Below, piece after piece: positions 39,178-50,147 of a stretch of 58,198 nt of DNA; the stretch's first letter is position 1; every line of letters begins with the position of its first letter. A program made the position numbers and the translations under genes. The stretch covers positions 1 to 58,198 of the forward strand of contig JAVRCV020000002.1 of assembly GCA_034530615.2 (NCBI GenBank), read 5' to 3'. Origin of the DNA: Aulosira sp. ZfuVER01 (lineage in GTDB: Bacteria > Cyanobacteriota > Cyanobacteriia > Cyanobacteriales > Nostocaceae). The notes under the pieces are model-generated. The model saw only the letters and a program-made list of their open reading frames with translations. It was not told the origin of the DNA and ran no database searches.

Positions 39178-42100
39178 ATGGCTAATCCCACATTAGAGAA
39201 TGCATACGTTATTGGTAAAAGTAATTTTGATAGTTGGAGTCAAGCTTTTCCCAATGACACAGCAGGTTACTTAAAAGTTTTACCTCATCCTAACCAGACC
39301 ATTGCTTTTAAAGACCCTTTTATAGATTGGCAAAAAGATAACCAAAATTATAAAAATGGTCAGTTTAGTGCCACGAATGCACAGGGTACTTACTATTCAA
39401 GTTGGGGTCCATCTAAAGAACTCAAAGTTACTCTGAAAATGTCAGAGCTGACCCAGACTCAAATTGATGGGTTAGGGATTGTTCAAAAAGGAAATGGGGT
39501 AATTGAATGGTTAAATAACGAAGCAACTCCCTATGACCTTTTGCGAGCGTATAACAGTCTAATTCCTGGGCCAATGCTGATTACAGAGCCAGGAGACACG
39601 CTCAAGATTACACTGGTCAATGACTTAACCGATCCCACTAACTTACATACTCATGGGCTGCACGTCTCAGCTAAAGGAGAAGGGGATAACGTTCTTGTTA
39701 GCGTTAAGCCTGGTGAATCGCGAGAAATAAATATACCCATCCCCGACAATCATTTTATAGGACTTGACTGGTATCATCCTCACCTGCATGGAGAAACAGC
39801 CGATCAAGTGGGTTCAGGATTAGGTGCGCTTTTGTCCGTTAACGCACCTTATAATCTTCCCGATCTTGATAAATTTAATCCAGTCACAAGCCCAATATAT
39901 ACATTCGCAATCAATACACTTGGACTTCAAGAAGTACTTAGAAGTCCGAGTCCGACTGACCCGCTTAATCAAAGTACAGATGCAAATGTAAAAGTGCCTG
40001 CGGGTAGTCCCCTACAAATCTTTGGGCAGGATAGTAATGGCCAGAATATTTATCAACTTTCGGATGCGCCTTTTGAAGGTTACAACGCCAAGCCGATTTT
40101 CTACAATCCTGCCAAGCCAACAGGAGATGCACCGCAGACGCTTGAATATGGTGGTGGTGGTCTAGCAGAACCAGTAGAAAATGTTATTCACACTGTCAAT
40201 GGACAATACAACCCAACTTTAGAACTTACAACTAATCAATGGGATTTGTTTTCATTCGCCAATATGACCACCAATGCATTTCATATATTGCAATTGGTGT
40301 ATGACGATGGGACACAACTAATTCCCCAAGAAGTTAATTTGGTGGGTATTGATGGTGATGCTTCTGGTGTCGTAGATGTTGTTAGAAGGCAAGTAACAGA
40401 TTTTCCAGTTTTAAATCCTGGTTCTCGGGTAGCTGTTCAACACTTATTTGATAAACCAGGTACATACTACTTTATTTCTAACCCAACGGAAGAAATTGAG
40501 GATAAACAGTATGTACCGACTTTAATCCAAGGTAAGAAGGGATTTAGTGATGGTCACTTAATTTGGGGACCTCAAGTTTTAGCGACAGTCAAAGTTACAG
40601 GAAATCCAGTCGATCCTAATACGAATCCGCAGGCACCATTCCCTCAAGCTTATGACATCCTTACTCAACAAAGTAAAAAAATTGATGACCTGATAAATGG
40701 ACCAGTCGATCGGGAAAGGCAGTTTATCTGGGACGCAAATGTAGGTGGGGCGTTAGTATCTGGTAGGGTTCCCAAAGATACAGATGTCTCAACTTTCCAA
40801 GGAACTTACACAATCAACGGTAGGTATTTCTCTTCTAGCGAACCTGCTAATATTCCTCCGCTAGCTATGCCGATGTTGGGCACTACAGAAATCTGGAATG
40901 TGCTCAATAGATCTGGATTGCCCAGTGCCTCGTTACCACAAGCCACGCCTCCAAATATTCCTTTATCAGAATGGCATCCATTTCACATTCACCAGAATGA
41001 TTTTACCGTCCTATCTATTAATGGCATAGATGTTAAAGACATTAATGATAATTATCTTTCTGGGGTTTTGAGCGATACGATTGCTCTACCGCCTGCCTAT
41101 ATTAAAGGCACTGCCACAAAAGATAATCCCTACGGTCAACCATTCAGTTACAATCCTGCAAATCCTGGTGATGTCGCTAATGCTCAGGCATCAGAAGTCA
41201 AAATCTTAATGCACTTTGAGGATTTCCCTGGTAGCTATGTAAATCACTGTCACATTCTCTTCCATGAAGATGCAGGAATGATGATGGTTCTCAGACCTAT
41301 CCTGAATACAAAAGAGACTTGGTTAGGTTTGAGTTCAGATGATACCAGCGGACAGGTAGACTTATCTAGAGGTAATAATCCTAGTGCGGCAGGTATTAGC
41401 CTGACACCTTATGGTACTGCCTTTAATAAAGGTGTAGATGTCGCAATTGCAGATGTTAATTACAAAAGTAAGGATGGAGAAAATAAAAATGTAACGGATA
41501 ACGTTACTGATGTCATCACCATCCAAAAATCTTTGGATAAGCCTACTGATAAATTCAAAGTTAAAGTATTTGATGGGGCGACATTAATTCAAAAGCAAGA
41601 ATCCCAAACTAAAATCGATGGTTTAGACCCATCATCTCTGCTAACAGAAATCAATCCTTTCCAAAATATTGCTCCCTCAACTAATCAAATTGCCTCGGTA
41701 GCCTCTGGTGATATTGACGGTGACGGCTTCTCAGATATAGTTGTGGGTTTAGGGGGAGGAATCGCACCCATAATTGAGATTTATAGCGGTCAAGATTACC
41801 AGCTGAAAGCTCGTATAGCCCCATTTCACCATGAAACCTTCACAGGTAAAATCAACCTAGCAGTTGGTGATGTGAATGGAGACAACTATGATGACATCAT
41901 TGTTGGTGAAGGTAGTGGTGGACGTGGATTAGTGGAATTATACGATGGTAGAAAGCTGAATGAAACAGCGACCTTATCAGAGACTCCCAAAGACACAGCA
42001 CATCATACAGCGCTGCTATCTCAAGACTTCCAACCCTATGGAACCAGCTACACAGGAGAGGTAGATGTGACATCTGGTTATATTCTCCAAAGACCAGATG

Positions 42101-43476
42101 AACCAAATGATGCCACTACCCAAACTAATAATGCCAACATTACAACCCTTGCCAAGGGCCCCGTACCTCAAGGTCAAGAGCAAATTCAGGTTTATACATT
42201 TCTCGGAGGAGATCATGTTCATGACTCTACGACAACCGATCCAATGGCGGAGCAACTTCGTAAGGAAGTCTCTTTAACTCCTACTGGTAACACGCAAGAG
42301 ATTTCTGGAACCTTCGCAGATCTTCCTGGTTTACCTAAAGGTGAGCCTGTTCTCTATACCCGTAAGCAGAACGGAGATTATGAGATAATTCATTTGGGAG
42401 ATCAAAATAAACCTGAATCCACAGCAATTGCGGCAAGCACCACAACTTTCACACTGAAGAATGTTAACAAAGACATCTTTATTATCAACAGTAGTGGTGG
42501 CGGCAATCCCAAACTTAAGGTCAAACTTACAGGGCGCAATTCCAATCTAGTAAATGAACTTGGAGTATGCGTTGTTGATGATGATAAAGGTACGATTGAC
42601 GGTATTGCCCCAGGTGCAGCAGGTTACATCCAAGCGGCGTTAAGGCGATCGCAAATTATTTTCTCAGCTATTGCCAATAACCCCAATGGTTTCGATAGCA
42701 AGAATCTGACAAGCTTACTCAAATTTAACTCTGGTGCTAACTTGAAATTTTTCTTAGTCAGAAATAGCACCATAGAAACTGTACTGGCTGGGGGCGCTTC
42801 TAGCACAGATGTAATATTTGCAGATGCTTCGACACAAAAAATAACAGACTTGGGCACTGATGGCTTCTCCCTCGGTTGGAAGGTTAATAGTAGCAGTACT
42901 GAGTTTAACGATCTGGTGGTGAATATTCAATCTTCAAATGACTATTTACCTCTGGGTACAGGGCTACAAGGAAAGCCAGAAGGAGAACAATTTGATTTTC
43001 GTGGTGTGACGCAACTCATCAAAGCTGAGTTTGTAGTCAATAGAGAAGCAGCTTTCAATAACTATATCGGCTTCTATAAGACAGCTGATGAGAATGGTGG
43101 TATTGACACTAACGGTGATGGTAAAGCAGATATCCTCCCAGGACAAGCTGGCTATACTCAAGCAGCTATTAACCAAAGGATTTCGGACATTAACCTCTCA
43201 GTTAGTAACCAAGGTACGGCAAAATTTACAGCAAATTTCCAGGCAGGTGGTATCGTCGTGCCATTTATTGTGATCAATGAAAAACTAGACGCCCTTTTGG
43301 ATGCAAATACAACTAACGATCCTGCCGTTTACTTCCCATTCTTAGGAGCTAACTCAGATAAGGTAGATCATATTCGGATGTTAGGAAATAACATCATTGG
43401 CTTTGAAGATCTACCTAATGGTGGTGATAAGGATTATAACGATGTCATTGTCAAAGTAAATTTGAGTCTGGCATAG
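39178..43476 (+). CDS. Multicopper oxidase fused to FG-GAP-like repeats and a C-terminal DUF4114-type region
   Basis: All four Cu motifs (NLHTHG, WYHPHLHG, HPFHIH, HCHILFHEDAGM); GDIDGDGFSDIVVG and GDVNGDNYDDIIVG; C-terminal GFEDLPNGGDKDYNDVIV. RBS AAGGAG upstream. Confidence 0.92.
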   Translation: MANPTLENAYVIGKSNFDSWSQAFPNDTAGYLKVLPHPNQTIAFKDPFIDWQKDNQNYKNGQFSATNAQGTYYSSWGPSKELKVTLKMSELTQTQIDGLGIVQKGNGVIEWLNNEATPYDLLRAYNSLIPGPMLITEPGDTLKITLVNDLTDPTNLHTHGLHVSAKGEGDNVLVSVKPGESREINIPIPDNHFIGLDWYHPHLHGETADQVGSGLGALLSVNAPYNLPDLDKFNPVTSPIYTFAINTLGLQEVLRSPSPTDPLNQSTDANVKVPAGSPLQIFGQDSNGQNIYQLSDAPFEGYNAKPIFYNPAKPTGDAPQTLEYGGGGLAEPVENVIHTVNGQYNPTLELTTNQWDLFSFANMTTNAFHILQLVYDDGTQLIPQEVNLVGIDGDASGVVDVVRRQVTDFPVLNPGSRVAVQHLFDKPGTYYFISNPTEEIEDKQYVPTLIQGKKGFSDGHLIWGPQVLATVKVTGNPVDPNTNPQAPFPQAYDILTQQSKKIDDLINGPVDRERQFIWDANVGGALVSGRVPKDTDVSTFQGTYTINGRYFSSSEPANIPPLAMPMLGTTEIWNVLNRSGLPSASLPQATPPNIPLSEWHPFHIHQNDFTVLSINGIDVKDINDNYLSGVLSDTIALPPAYIKGTATKDNPYGQPFSYNPANPGDVANAQASEVKILMHFEDFPGSYVNHCHILFHEDAGMMMVLRPILNTKETWLGLSSDDTSGQVDLSRGNNPSAAGISLTPYGTAFNKGVDVAIADVNYKSKDGENKNVTDNVTDVITIQKSLDKPTDKFKVKVFDGATLIQKQESQTKIDGLDPSSLLTEINPFQNIAPSTNQIASVASGDIDGDGFSDIVVGLGGGIAPIIEIYSGQDYQLKARIAPFHHETFTGKINLAVGDVNGDNYDDIIVGEGSGGRGLVELYDGRKLNETATLSETPKDTAHHTALLSQDFQPYGTSYTGEVDVTSGYILQRPDEPNDATTQTNNANITTLAKGPVPQGQEQIQVYTFLGGDHVHDSTTTDPMAEQLRKEVSLTPTGNTQEISGTFADLPGLPKGEPVLYTRKQNGDYEIIHLGDQNKPESTAIAASTTTFTLKNVNKDIFIINSSGGGNPKLKVKLTGRNSNLVNELGVCVVDDDKGTIDGIAPGAAGYIQAALRRSQIIFSAIANNPNGFDSKNLTSLLKFNSGANLKFFLVRNSTIETVLAGGASSTDVIFADASTQKITDLGTDGFSLGWKVNSSSTEFNDLVVNIQSSNDYLPLGTGLQGKPEGEQFDFRGVTQLIKAEFVVNREAAFNNYIGFYKTADENGGIDTNGDGKADILPGQAGYTQAAINQRISDINLSVSNQGTAKFTANFQAGGIVVPFIVINEKLDALLDANTTNDPAVYFPFLGANSDKVDHIRMLGNNIIGFEDLPNGGDKDYNDVIVKVNLSLA

Positions 43477-43515
43477 TTCTAGAGGGTCATTTGACACGTT
43501 GTTAGCTCAAAAAGT

Positions 43516-43553
43516 CTCAATATGATGCAAATCCAATTTTGCATCATATTGAG
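43516..43553. terminator. 16-bp perfect stem-loop after the oxidase gene
   Basis: CTCAATATGATGCAAA-tccaat-TTTGCATCATATTGAG. Confidence 0.6.
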
Positions 43554-43680
43554 TGAGAGCTATGTTTTTGGCATTTGACCCATAAGTACATAGTGATGTT
43601 TTTGCGTGTTTGTTCTTCTAGCAATACTTCACAAAAGTACAATCTCCAATCCAGTCGCAACACTTTTATTAGGAGTAAAC

Positions 43681-43998
43681 ATGGCTACAACAATTAACGA
43701 AAAAGATGGATTACTGACTGTAATTAACGTATTTACAGTTGAACCCGACCAGCAGCAAACCTTAGTAGATCACCTAGTAAGTAACCTCGCAACAGCTACG
43801 AAGCAAGAAGGCTTTGTCTCAGCTAATATCCACAAAAGCTTGGACGGTACGCGGGTGATCAACTATGCGCAGTGGAAGAGTAAGGAAGCTTTAGAATTGG
43901 CTTTACAAAATCAAGAATTTATGGCTCCCGTGAAGGTAGCTGTAGAACATCCCCATGATTTCCATATGTATGAGGTCGTTCATACAATACAAGCATAG
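43681..43998 (+). CDS. Antibiotic biosynthesis monooxygenase (ABM) family protein
   Basis: VINVFTVEP...GFVSANIHKSLDGTRVINYAQWKS; AGGAG at 43671 supports ATG 43681. Confidence 0.88.
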   Translation: MATTINEKDGLLTVINVFTVEPDQQQTLVDHLVSNLATATKQEGFVSANIHKSLDGTRVINYAQWKSKEALELALQNQEFMAPVKVAVEHPHDFHMYEVVHTIQA

Positions 43999-44373
43999 GA
44001 TGAAGCTGGCATAGGGATGAGATTGGGCTTTGGCTAATCTAGCTTCAGCGCATTTAAAATTACGAAGATAGCGATCGCATTAGGTAAGATGCTTGATATT
44101 AGAGTCGCCCTTGCCTAGATCCAAGAAAATCTTCAATGAGCGAACGACATCTATATCGCTCCTCCTTGCAGGCTTTCTTGTGATCAGTACTCAAGCGGGA
44201 GACAAATTTAGTCTGTTCTGTGTCTTTATGGTCAAGATCGCTTTTGTTTTCGCACGCCTCAGCACTAGGGAATTTTCCCAAGGCTAAAGGCGTGCTAATT
44301 GCTATAACTGCCGCTCAAAAGGGAGATTTTGATCGTATTACAGCTTGGTCCCAACCTAGTTATGGGAACGATC

Positions 44374-44412
44374 AATTTTGAATTTTGAATTTTGAATTTT
44401 GAATTTTGAATT
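44374..44412. repeat. Heptamer tandem repeat (AATTTTG)n, STRR-type
   Basis: About 5.5 copies; the same unit occurs at about 57029-57053. Confidence 0.85.
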
Positions 44413-44530
44413 CGGAGCGAAGCGACGTGACGTGACTCTCTAATGCCCTCAAGTGACAGTCTAAAAATTCAAGTATCAATTTGATTGTTAAGTTATCAGC
44501 GCATTTAGTGTGATGTGTGAGAGAAAGCAA

Positions 44531-46348
44531 ATGTTGGAATTAAAAAAAATTTTGGCTAGTTCGATAGTCAAGTTTGTGGCGATCGCGACTTCATCAATCA
44601 TCCTCAGTGTAAGTCCCTCTCAAGCAGTCATTAAAGACGTTCCAGAAGCTTCCACTTCTAACTCATCAAACTTATTAAGTCCAGAAAATACAAAAAATCT
44701 TGCCACTACTAATTCTGTTGCCCAATTTGCTCCCGTCAATACTGCCTCGAATCTTAAACTAGCAGACAATACCCAAGTAGAAGCACTACCAAATGTCTTC
44801 ACACCAATCTCTGAATTAGACAATGAGCAAAGCAGCACTGAAGATAGCATGAGTCAAATCAACAGTGTGTCTCAGTTTTCTGATGTGCAACCAACAGACT
44901 GGGCATTTCAAGCTTTGCAATCTCTAGTTGAGCGTTATGGCTGTATAGCAGGTTATCCCAATGGCACATTTCGCGGTAACAGAGCAATGACTCGCTATGA
45001 ATTTGCCGCAGGCGTCAATGCTTGTCTAGAGAGGATCAACGAACTAATTGCCACAGCTACTTCTGACTTAGTTAAAAAAGAAGATCTCACATCTTTACAG
45101 CGCTTACAACAAGAGTTTTCGGCAGAACTAGCAACCTTGCGCGGTCGTGTGGATACCTTAACTGCACGCACTACAGAGTTGGAGGCAAATCAATTCTCCA
45201 CTACTACCAAACTGCTTGGTAATGTCATAGTGCAGGCTAATACCTATTTTTCAGGTGATGACAAGGCCCAAACGAACATTCAATATCTTACGTTCCTGGG
45301 GTTTTTGACGAGCTTTACTGGTCGGGATTTGTTAGTCACAGGTATAGGCACTACAAACACCACCTTTGCTGATACAGCATCTACTAATAATGGTAGAGAA
45401 GTTGGGGGGACAAGAGAGGGCGCGAGTAATAACTCCGGTGCAGGCGATCTTGGCAATAACTTCCGCATTATCGGTTTAGAGTATCAATTTCCTATTGGTG
45501 ATAATTTAATCGTTAATGCGATCGCAGGCAACCGATATCGTTTTAGTCAAATCTTACTTCCCAAATATGCCCCTTACTATATCAGTGGTGTTGGCCCTGT
45601 GGGCACATTTTCCGAAGCACCACCAATTTTTCTCATTGGGGGCGGTTCAGGAATTTCCCTGAGCTATAAAGTTTTAGATTCGACAGTATTAAATTTGAGT
45701 TACTTAGCAACCTTCGGTGATAACTCAACTTTCGGTGGGTTATTTAAGGGAGAGTACGTAGCTGCTGCCCAAATTAACTACAATCCCAATCCTGGGTTAT
45801 TTTTGCAATTTGTCTATCAGCATGGTTATTTTGGCCCTGGTAACTTTGGCTTTAATAATGGTCAAGGTTTTAGAGGGAACGGCTTTGTTGGTACAGCCTT
45901 AGCAAACCGCTTTGATGATGCTGGTGTGTTGTTCGATCGCGCATCTGCTGTTACTACTAACGCTTATTCCCTTGGTGGTTACTTCGCTCTCAGCCCTAAA
46001 TTTGCTCTTGGCGGTTGGGCTAACATGATCAAAGCTAGACTGTTGGGCACAGGAGATGCTGATATTTGGACTTACTCAATTCAAGCAGCCTTTCCCGATC
46101 TATTTAAAAAAGGGAATCATGGGGGGTTAATTGTCGGTATGGAGCCTACCCTCACGAGTGTGAGAAGTAATGTCCCTTATGCAGCATTTAAAAATGATAC
46201 ATCGCTACATATCGAAGCTTACTATGCACACCGAATTTCCGACAAGATTTCGATTACGCCCTCTCTCACCTGGATTACAGCACCCAACCAGGATGCAGAT
46301 AACAAAGATATTGTCATTGGTGGATTGAGAACGACCTTTAGTTTTTAA
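44531..46348 (+). CDS. SLH-domain outer-membrane porin (cyanobacterial OprB/iron-uptake porin family)
   Basis: SDVQPTDWAFQALQSLVERYGC, TRYEFAAG, NQFSTTTKL, terminal RTTFSF. Confidence 0.93.
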   Translation: MLELKKILASSIVKFVAIATSSIILSVSPSQAVIKDVPEASTSNSSNLLSPENTKNLATTNSVAQFAPVNTASNLKLADNTQVEALPNVFTPISELDNEQSSTEDSMSQINSVSQFSDVQPTDWAFQALQSLVERYGCIAGYPNGTFRGNRAMTRYEFAAGVNACLERINELIATATSDLVKKEDLTSLQRLQQEFSAELATLRGRVDTLTARTTELEANQFSTTTKLLGNVIVQANTYFSGDDKAQTNIQYLTFLGFLTSFTGRDLLVTGIGTTNTTFADTASTNNGREVGGTREGASNNSGAGDLGNNFRIIGLEYQFPIGDNLIVNAIAGNRYRFSQILLPKYAPYYISGVGPVGTFSEAPPIFLIGGGSGISLSYKVLDSTVLNLSYLATFGDNSTFGGLFKGEYVAAAQINYNPNPGLFLQFVYQHGYFGPGNFGFNNGQGFRGNGFVGTALANRFDDAGVLFDRASAVTTNAYSLGGYFALSPKFALGGWANMIKARLLGTGDADIWTYSIQAAFPDLFKKGNHGGLIVGMEPTLTSVRSNVPYAAFKNDTSLHIEAYYAHRISDKISITPSLTWITAPNQDADNKDIVIGGLRTTFSF

Positions 46349-46376
46349 TAATTAGCGATCGCTCTCAATTTCACCA

Positions 46377-49300
46377 CTACTTCCACTCACCTTGGAGAGT
46401 GAAAGCCGCCCAGAAGTAAGGTGCTTTATAATTAGAATCGTGCCACATCTGGGTTTGTGCAGCTCGTAGTGCCGCAGCAGGTTTCAAGCCATCTTGCAAC
46501 ATGAAGCTATAAAACTTCTTCATCAGTTCCGAGGTGGCTTGGTCATCCACACTCCACAAACTCACAAGAACTCTCGGGCTACCAGCATACATAAACCCTC
46601 TTGTCAAGCCAATTAATCCTTCTCCCTTGATATCCTCACCCAAACCAGTTTCACAGGCACTCAGCACAATCAGTTCTGCTGGCAGTTTGAGGTTAAAGAC
46701 ATCATGTAAACGCAAAAAGCCATTTTGGGGTTTGCCAGTTTCATCAAACAGAGATAGCACTACACCCGATAACTCTGGATGTTGACTATTCAAGATGCCG
46801 TGGGTAGCAAAATGTACTATCCGATACTGGCTTAAATCCGCATTCGTAGCGACAGCACGATTGGCAGCAAAGTCAAAAGCTTGCTTGCGGTCTTTTGCGG
46901 GCACTAAAGACAAAATGGTTTCGGCTTCTTGGCGGGTGAATGGCAGACGATCAAAGGTGATATTTGCATCTCTGGCAGACCTGTCTAGTTGTTGCAAATC
47001 CAAGTTTTGATTGTTGGAGGTGTTATTTTGGGGGCTGGCAACTCGACCTTTAACTCGCTCATCGTTAGGGGAAAAGATGGGGTCAGCAATTACAGCTAGT
47101 GTTTTCGGTGCGGTTTTGCGTCCAGTAATTTCTTGTCTGATTACGGCGACTGTGGAGGCTGAGGGCAAAGTAATAATTTCGTGGTTAATTGCCAATGGCT
47201 CATAACTGCTATCTTGTTGACGGGGTGTATTCAAGGCTGCAAAGGGCACATACTGCAAAGCCCCATCAGCCACGACAACTAAGCGTTTCTGTCCTAATTG
47301 TTGGGCGACTGGTGCCAGTATCAACTGTGATAAAGCATTGGCGGCTTTATATGGTTTGATTGCTTGAATTGGTGAGACTAAGACTTTGCGGAACTGTTGA
47401 ACGGCGGCGGCAATTTCTGCACGTTTAGGTAGTTCGTAGCTGGTGATGCTGTTTTTGCTAACAACCCACAAGTAACTGCGTTCTTCTCCCAGAGCATACT
47501 CTAGCAACAAGGTATTATCGTCCAGTACAGAGGACTGAATTTGTTTGAGTGATAAAGGTTGCGGTTGCGTTAAGGCTGCATAACGGGGACTTGTAGCTCT
47601 AATTTTTGCTTGCAATTGCCGATATTGTTCGAGAATTGCTTCAGTTTCTTGTTCTAGCTTTTGTACCTGGCTTTGGGTATCGTTTCCACTCAATAGTTTG
47701 AGTCGGCGTTTTTCTAAAGCATCAAGTTGTTGCTGCAAGCTGCGTTCGGCTGCGAGTAATTGGGGATCTACACCTTGACGAATATCTGCATTAGCTTCGG
47801 TGAGCATATCCAAAAGACTACGGGCGCGGGCGCGTTCGCTGGCTTGTAGTGCTAGCGCATCGTAGCCTTTGGATGGTTGCTGTTTGTGCAACCGCATTAA
47901 AAGTTCGATGTAAAACTCGTAATATTTTTGGACTGAAGCAAAATAGGAAGTGCGCAAGTCTTGGCTGGTAACTCTTGTGCGGATATCTTCAACGATTTTA
48001 ATTGTTGATTCGATTTGAGTACGAGCAGCCTCTAGATTATTGCGATCGCGCTCGCTCACTGCCATGTTATACCGCGTTTCTGCTTCCCCGGTGCGATCGC
48101 CCAAATTTTGCCGCAGTTTTAGTTCGCGATCGTAATTGGCAATTGCCTGCTGGGGCTGTTTTAACGACTTGTAAATTTTGCCAATATTGCCCAAAACATT
48201 AGCTTCGGCGCTAGGAACGCCTAGCTGTTGAAATTTCGAGGCTGCTTGAGTAGAGAAATCTAGGGCTTGTTGGTAATCGCCTGAAGCTAAGTAGACTCTG
48301 CCTAATAAAGCTAGGGCGGAGGCTTCAGTAAAGCTGCTTTGCTGTTTGCGAGCTAATGAGAGTGCCTGCTTCCCAGCATTCAGTGCCTGAGGATAATCTT
48401 TTAATGACTCATAAACTCTAATGATGCCTGAGAGGGTAGCAAATTCTTGAAATAACCCTCCCTGTTCGCGCCACAGTTGCAGAGCCTGGTTGTAGTAGTC
48501 TAAGGCTTTTTGGTAATTTTCTGCTGCTCGGTAAACGCTGCCAATGTTATCGAGGGTTTGGGCAATTTTGCTGCGATCGCCTACAGATCGGAATTGAGCT
48601 AATGCCTGGTTAAAAGTGTCAATACTTAACTGATAATTGCCTAAGAATTGATAGAGCCTAGCGATGTAGGTGAGTGTATTTGCTTCCCCTGGCAGATCCT
48701 TGATCTGGCGCTGGAGAGTTAAAGCTTGGTTGTAAAAGTCAAGAGCTTTTTGATAATCGCCAAATGATGAGTAAATATCAGCAATATTGCTAAGTGTAAA
48801 GGCTTCTCTAGAGCGATCGTTTTTAGCACGCTGGAGTGTAAGTGCTTGGTTCAAAACTTCCAGGGCTTTTTGCTGTTGTCCTAATTGGTCGTAGACAAAG
48901 CTGATTTGTGACAATATTTCGGCTTCTGCATAGGAGTTTCCCGCCTTTTGTAAGAGCGATCGCGCTTGGTTATAGTAGTCTAGAGCCTTTTGATAATCGT
49001 TCACAGTCACATAGCTGGCACCTATACCCATATAAGTTACTGCTTGGCGGGTAGGGTCAATTTGTGGCGATCGTTTTTGCAATTCCAGCACTTGGCTTAA
49101 GGCTTCCCTCGCCTTCTGATTTTCACCCAATGAGCTATAGAGGGTAGCTATGATCGTGAGCGTATCAGCTTGCCCAGCTATATCTTTCTTTGTACGTTGA
49201 ATTTCTAGTGCTTGATTTAAAGCTGCTACAGCCTTTTGTGCTTCACCAAATTGGGCATACACCTTTCCCATTGCTTGAAGAGTGTCCACTTGTCCAGCCG

Positions 49301-50006
49301 AATCGCCAATGGCACGTTGAATCTCTAAAGCTTGATTGTAGTAATCGAGTGTCTTCTTAGTTTCACCCAAACTCAAATAAACTCTACCAATACTAACTAA
49401 AGTCAAAGCTGCCAAATTAGATTGTTTCTGAGCTTGAAATATTGATAATGCTTGATTGTAAAATTCTATAGCTTTTGGCTTGTCTCCCAAATTGGAGTAT
49501 GCTCCGGCGATCGATTGCAGCATTATCGCTTCGCCAAAACTATCTTTGAGTTCTCGTTTAATAACCAATGCCCGATCGTAATATTCCAGTGCCTTTTGGT
49601 TCTCGTTCTGGAGATAATAGATAGTGCCAATACCTAATAGAGTGCCAGCTTCATTAGAGCGATCGCCTATTTCACGCCAAATCTTCAATGCTTCTGAGTA
49701 TTTAGCAAGAGCCTGTTGTTGAGATGTGGCGGTTCTTTGCTGTAAAAGTTGGTCTGCTTCTTGTAACAGTTGCTTTGCCTGCGCGTATGCTCGTTGTTGA
49801 GCAGGGCTGAGATTTTGCGGAGTAGTGGTTGGCTGTTGGGCTATTGCTCTAAATGTCATCCCAAAAGATGACAAAAAAATCATATTGACAAACAGAATAA
49901 GAACACGATGGCTAAAAACTGATAGCATTCGCCTTGACATCAAGCCGCGCTCCCTTTTTTGAGTTATGACTGTATTTTTGAGTAAAAAATTGCGTTTACT
50001 ATACAT
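46377..50006 (-). CDS. TPR-repeat plus CHAT (caspase-like) protease
   Basis: Many KALxYYNQAL TPRs; HFATHG and LSACETG catalytic His/Cys; PYFWAAF end. The true start may be slightly downstream. Confidence 0.95.
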   Translation of the reverse strand: MYSKRNFLLKNTVITQKRERGLMSRRMLSVFSHRVLILFVNMIFLSSFGMTFRAIAQQPTTTPQNLSPAQQRAYAQAKQLLQEADQLLQQRTATSQQQALAKYSEALKIWREIGDRSNEAGTLLGIGTIYYLQNENQKALEYYDRALVIKRELKDSFGEAIMLQSIAGAYSNLGDKPKAIEFYNQALSIFQAQKQSNLAALTLVSIGRVYLSLGETKKTLDYYNQALEIQRAIGDSAGQVDTLQAMGKVYAQFGEAQKAVAALNQALEIQRTKKDIAGQADTLTIIATLYSSLGENQKAREALSQVLELQKRSPQIDPTRQAVTYMGIGASYVTVNDYQKALDYYNQARSLLQKAGNSYAEAEILSQISFVYDQLGQQQKALEVLNQALTLQRAKNDRSREAFTLSNIADIYSSFGDYQKALDFYNQALTLQRQIKDLPGEANTLTYIARLYQFLGNYQLSIDTFNQALAQFRSVGDRSKIAQTLDNIGSVYRAAENYQKALDYYNQALQLWREQGGLFQEFATLSGIIRVYESLKDYPQALNAGKQALSLARKQQSSFTEASALALLGRVYLASGDYQQALDFSTQAASKFQQLGVPSAEANVLGNIGKIYKSLKQPQQAIANYDRELKLRQNLGDRTGEAETRYNMAVSERDRNNLEAARTQIESTIKIVEDIRTRVTSQDLRTSYFASVQKYYEFYIELLMRLHKQQPSKGYDALALQASERARARSLLDMLTEANADIRQGVDPQLLAAERSLQQQLDALEKRRLKLLSGNDTQSQVQKLEQETEAILEQYRQLQAKIRATSPRYAALTQPQPLSLKQIQSSVLDDNTLLLEYALGEERSYLWVVSKNSITSYELPKRAEIAAAVQQFRKVLVSPIQAIKPYKAANALSQLILAPVAQQLGQKRLVVVADGALQYVPFAALNTPRQQDSSYEPLAINHEIITLPSASTVAVIRQEITGRKTAPKTLAVIADPIFSPNDERVKGRVASPQNNTSNNQNLDLQQLDRSARDANITFDRLPFTRQEAETILSLVPAKDRKQAFDFAANRAVATNADLSQYRIVHFATHGILNSQHPELSGVVLSLFDETGKPQNGFLRLHDVFNLKLPAELIVLSACETGLGEDIKGEGLIGLTRGFMYAGSPRVLVSLWSVDDQATSELMKKFYSFMLQDGLKPAAALRAAQTQMWHDSNYKAPYFWAAFTLQGEWK

Positions 50007-50147
50007 CTTGCAAAAATCCTAAGTTGATGATTCAGAAGCACAGATACACATAATATTTATCAGTGTTTATCGTGAGTTATCTGTGCTTTTTTTAAGAAAA
50101 TTGATTTTTGCAAGCAATTGATACAGCTTCTACAATTCTAAACAACC

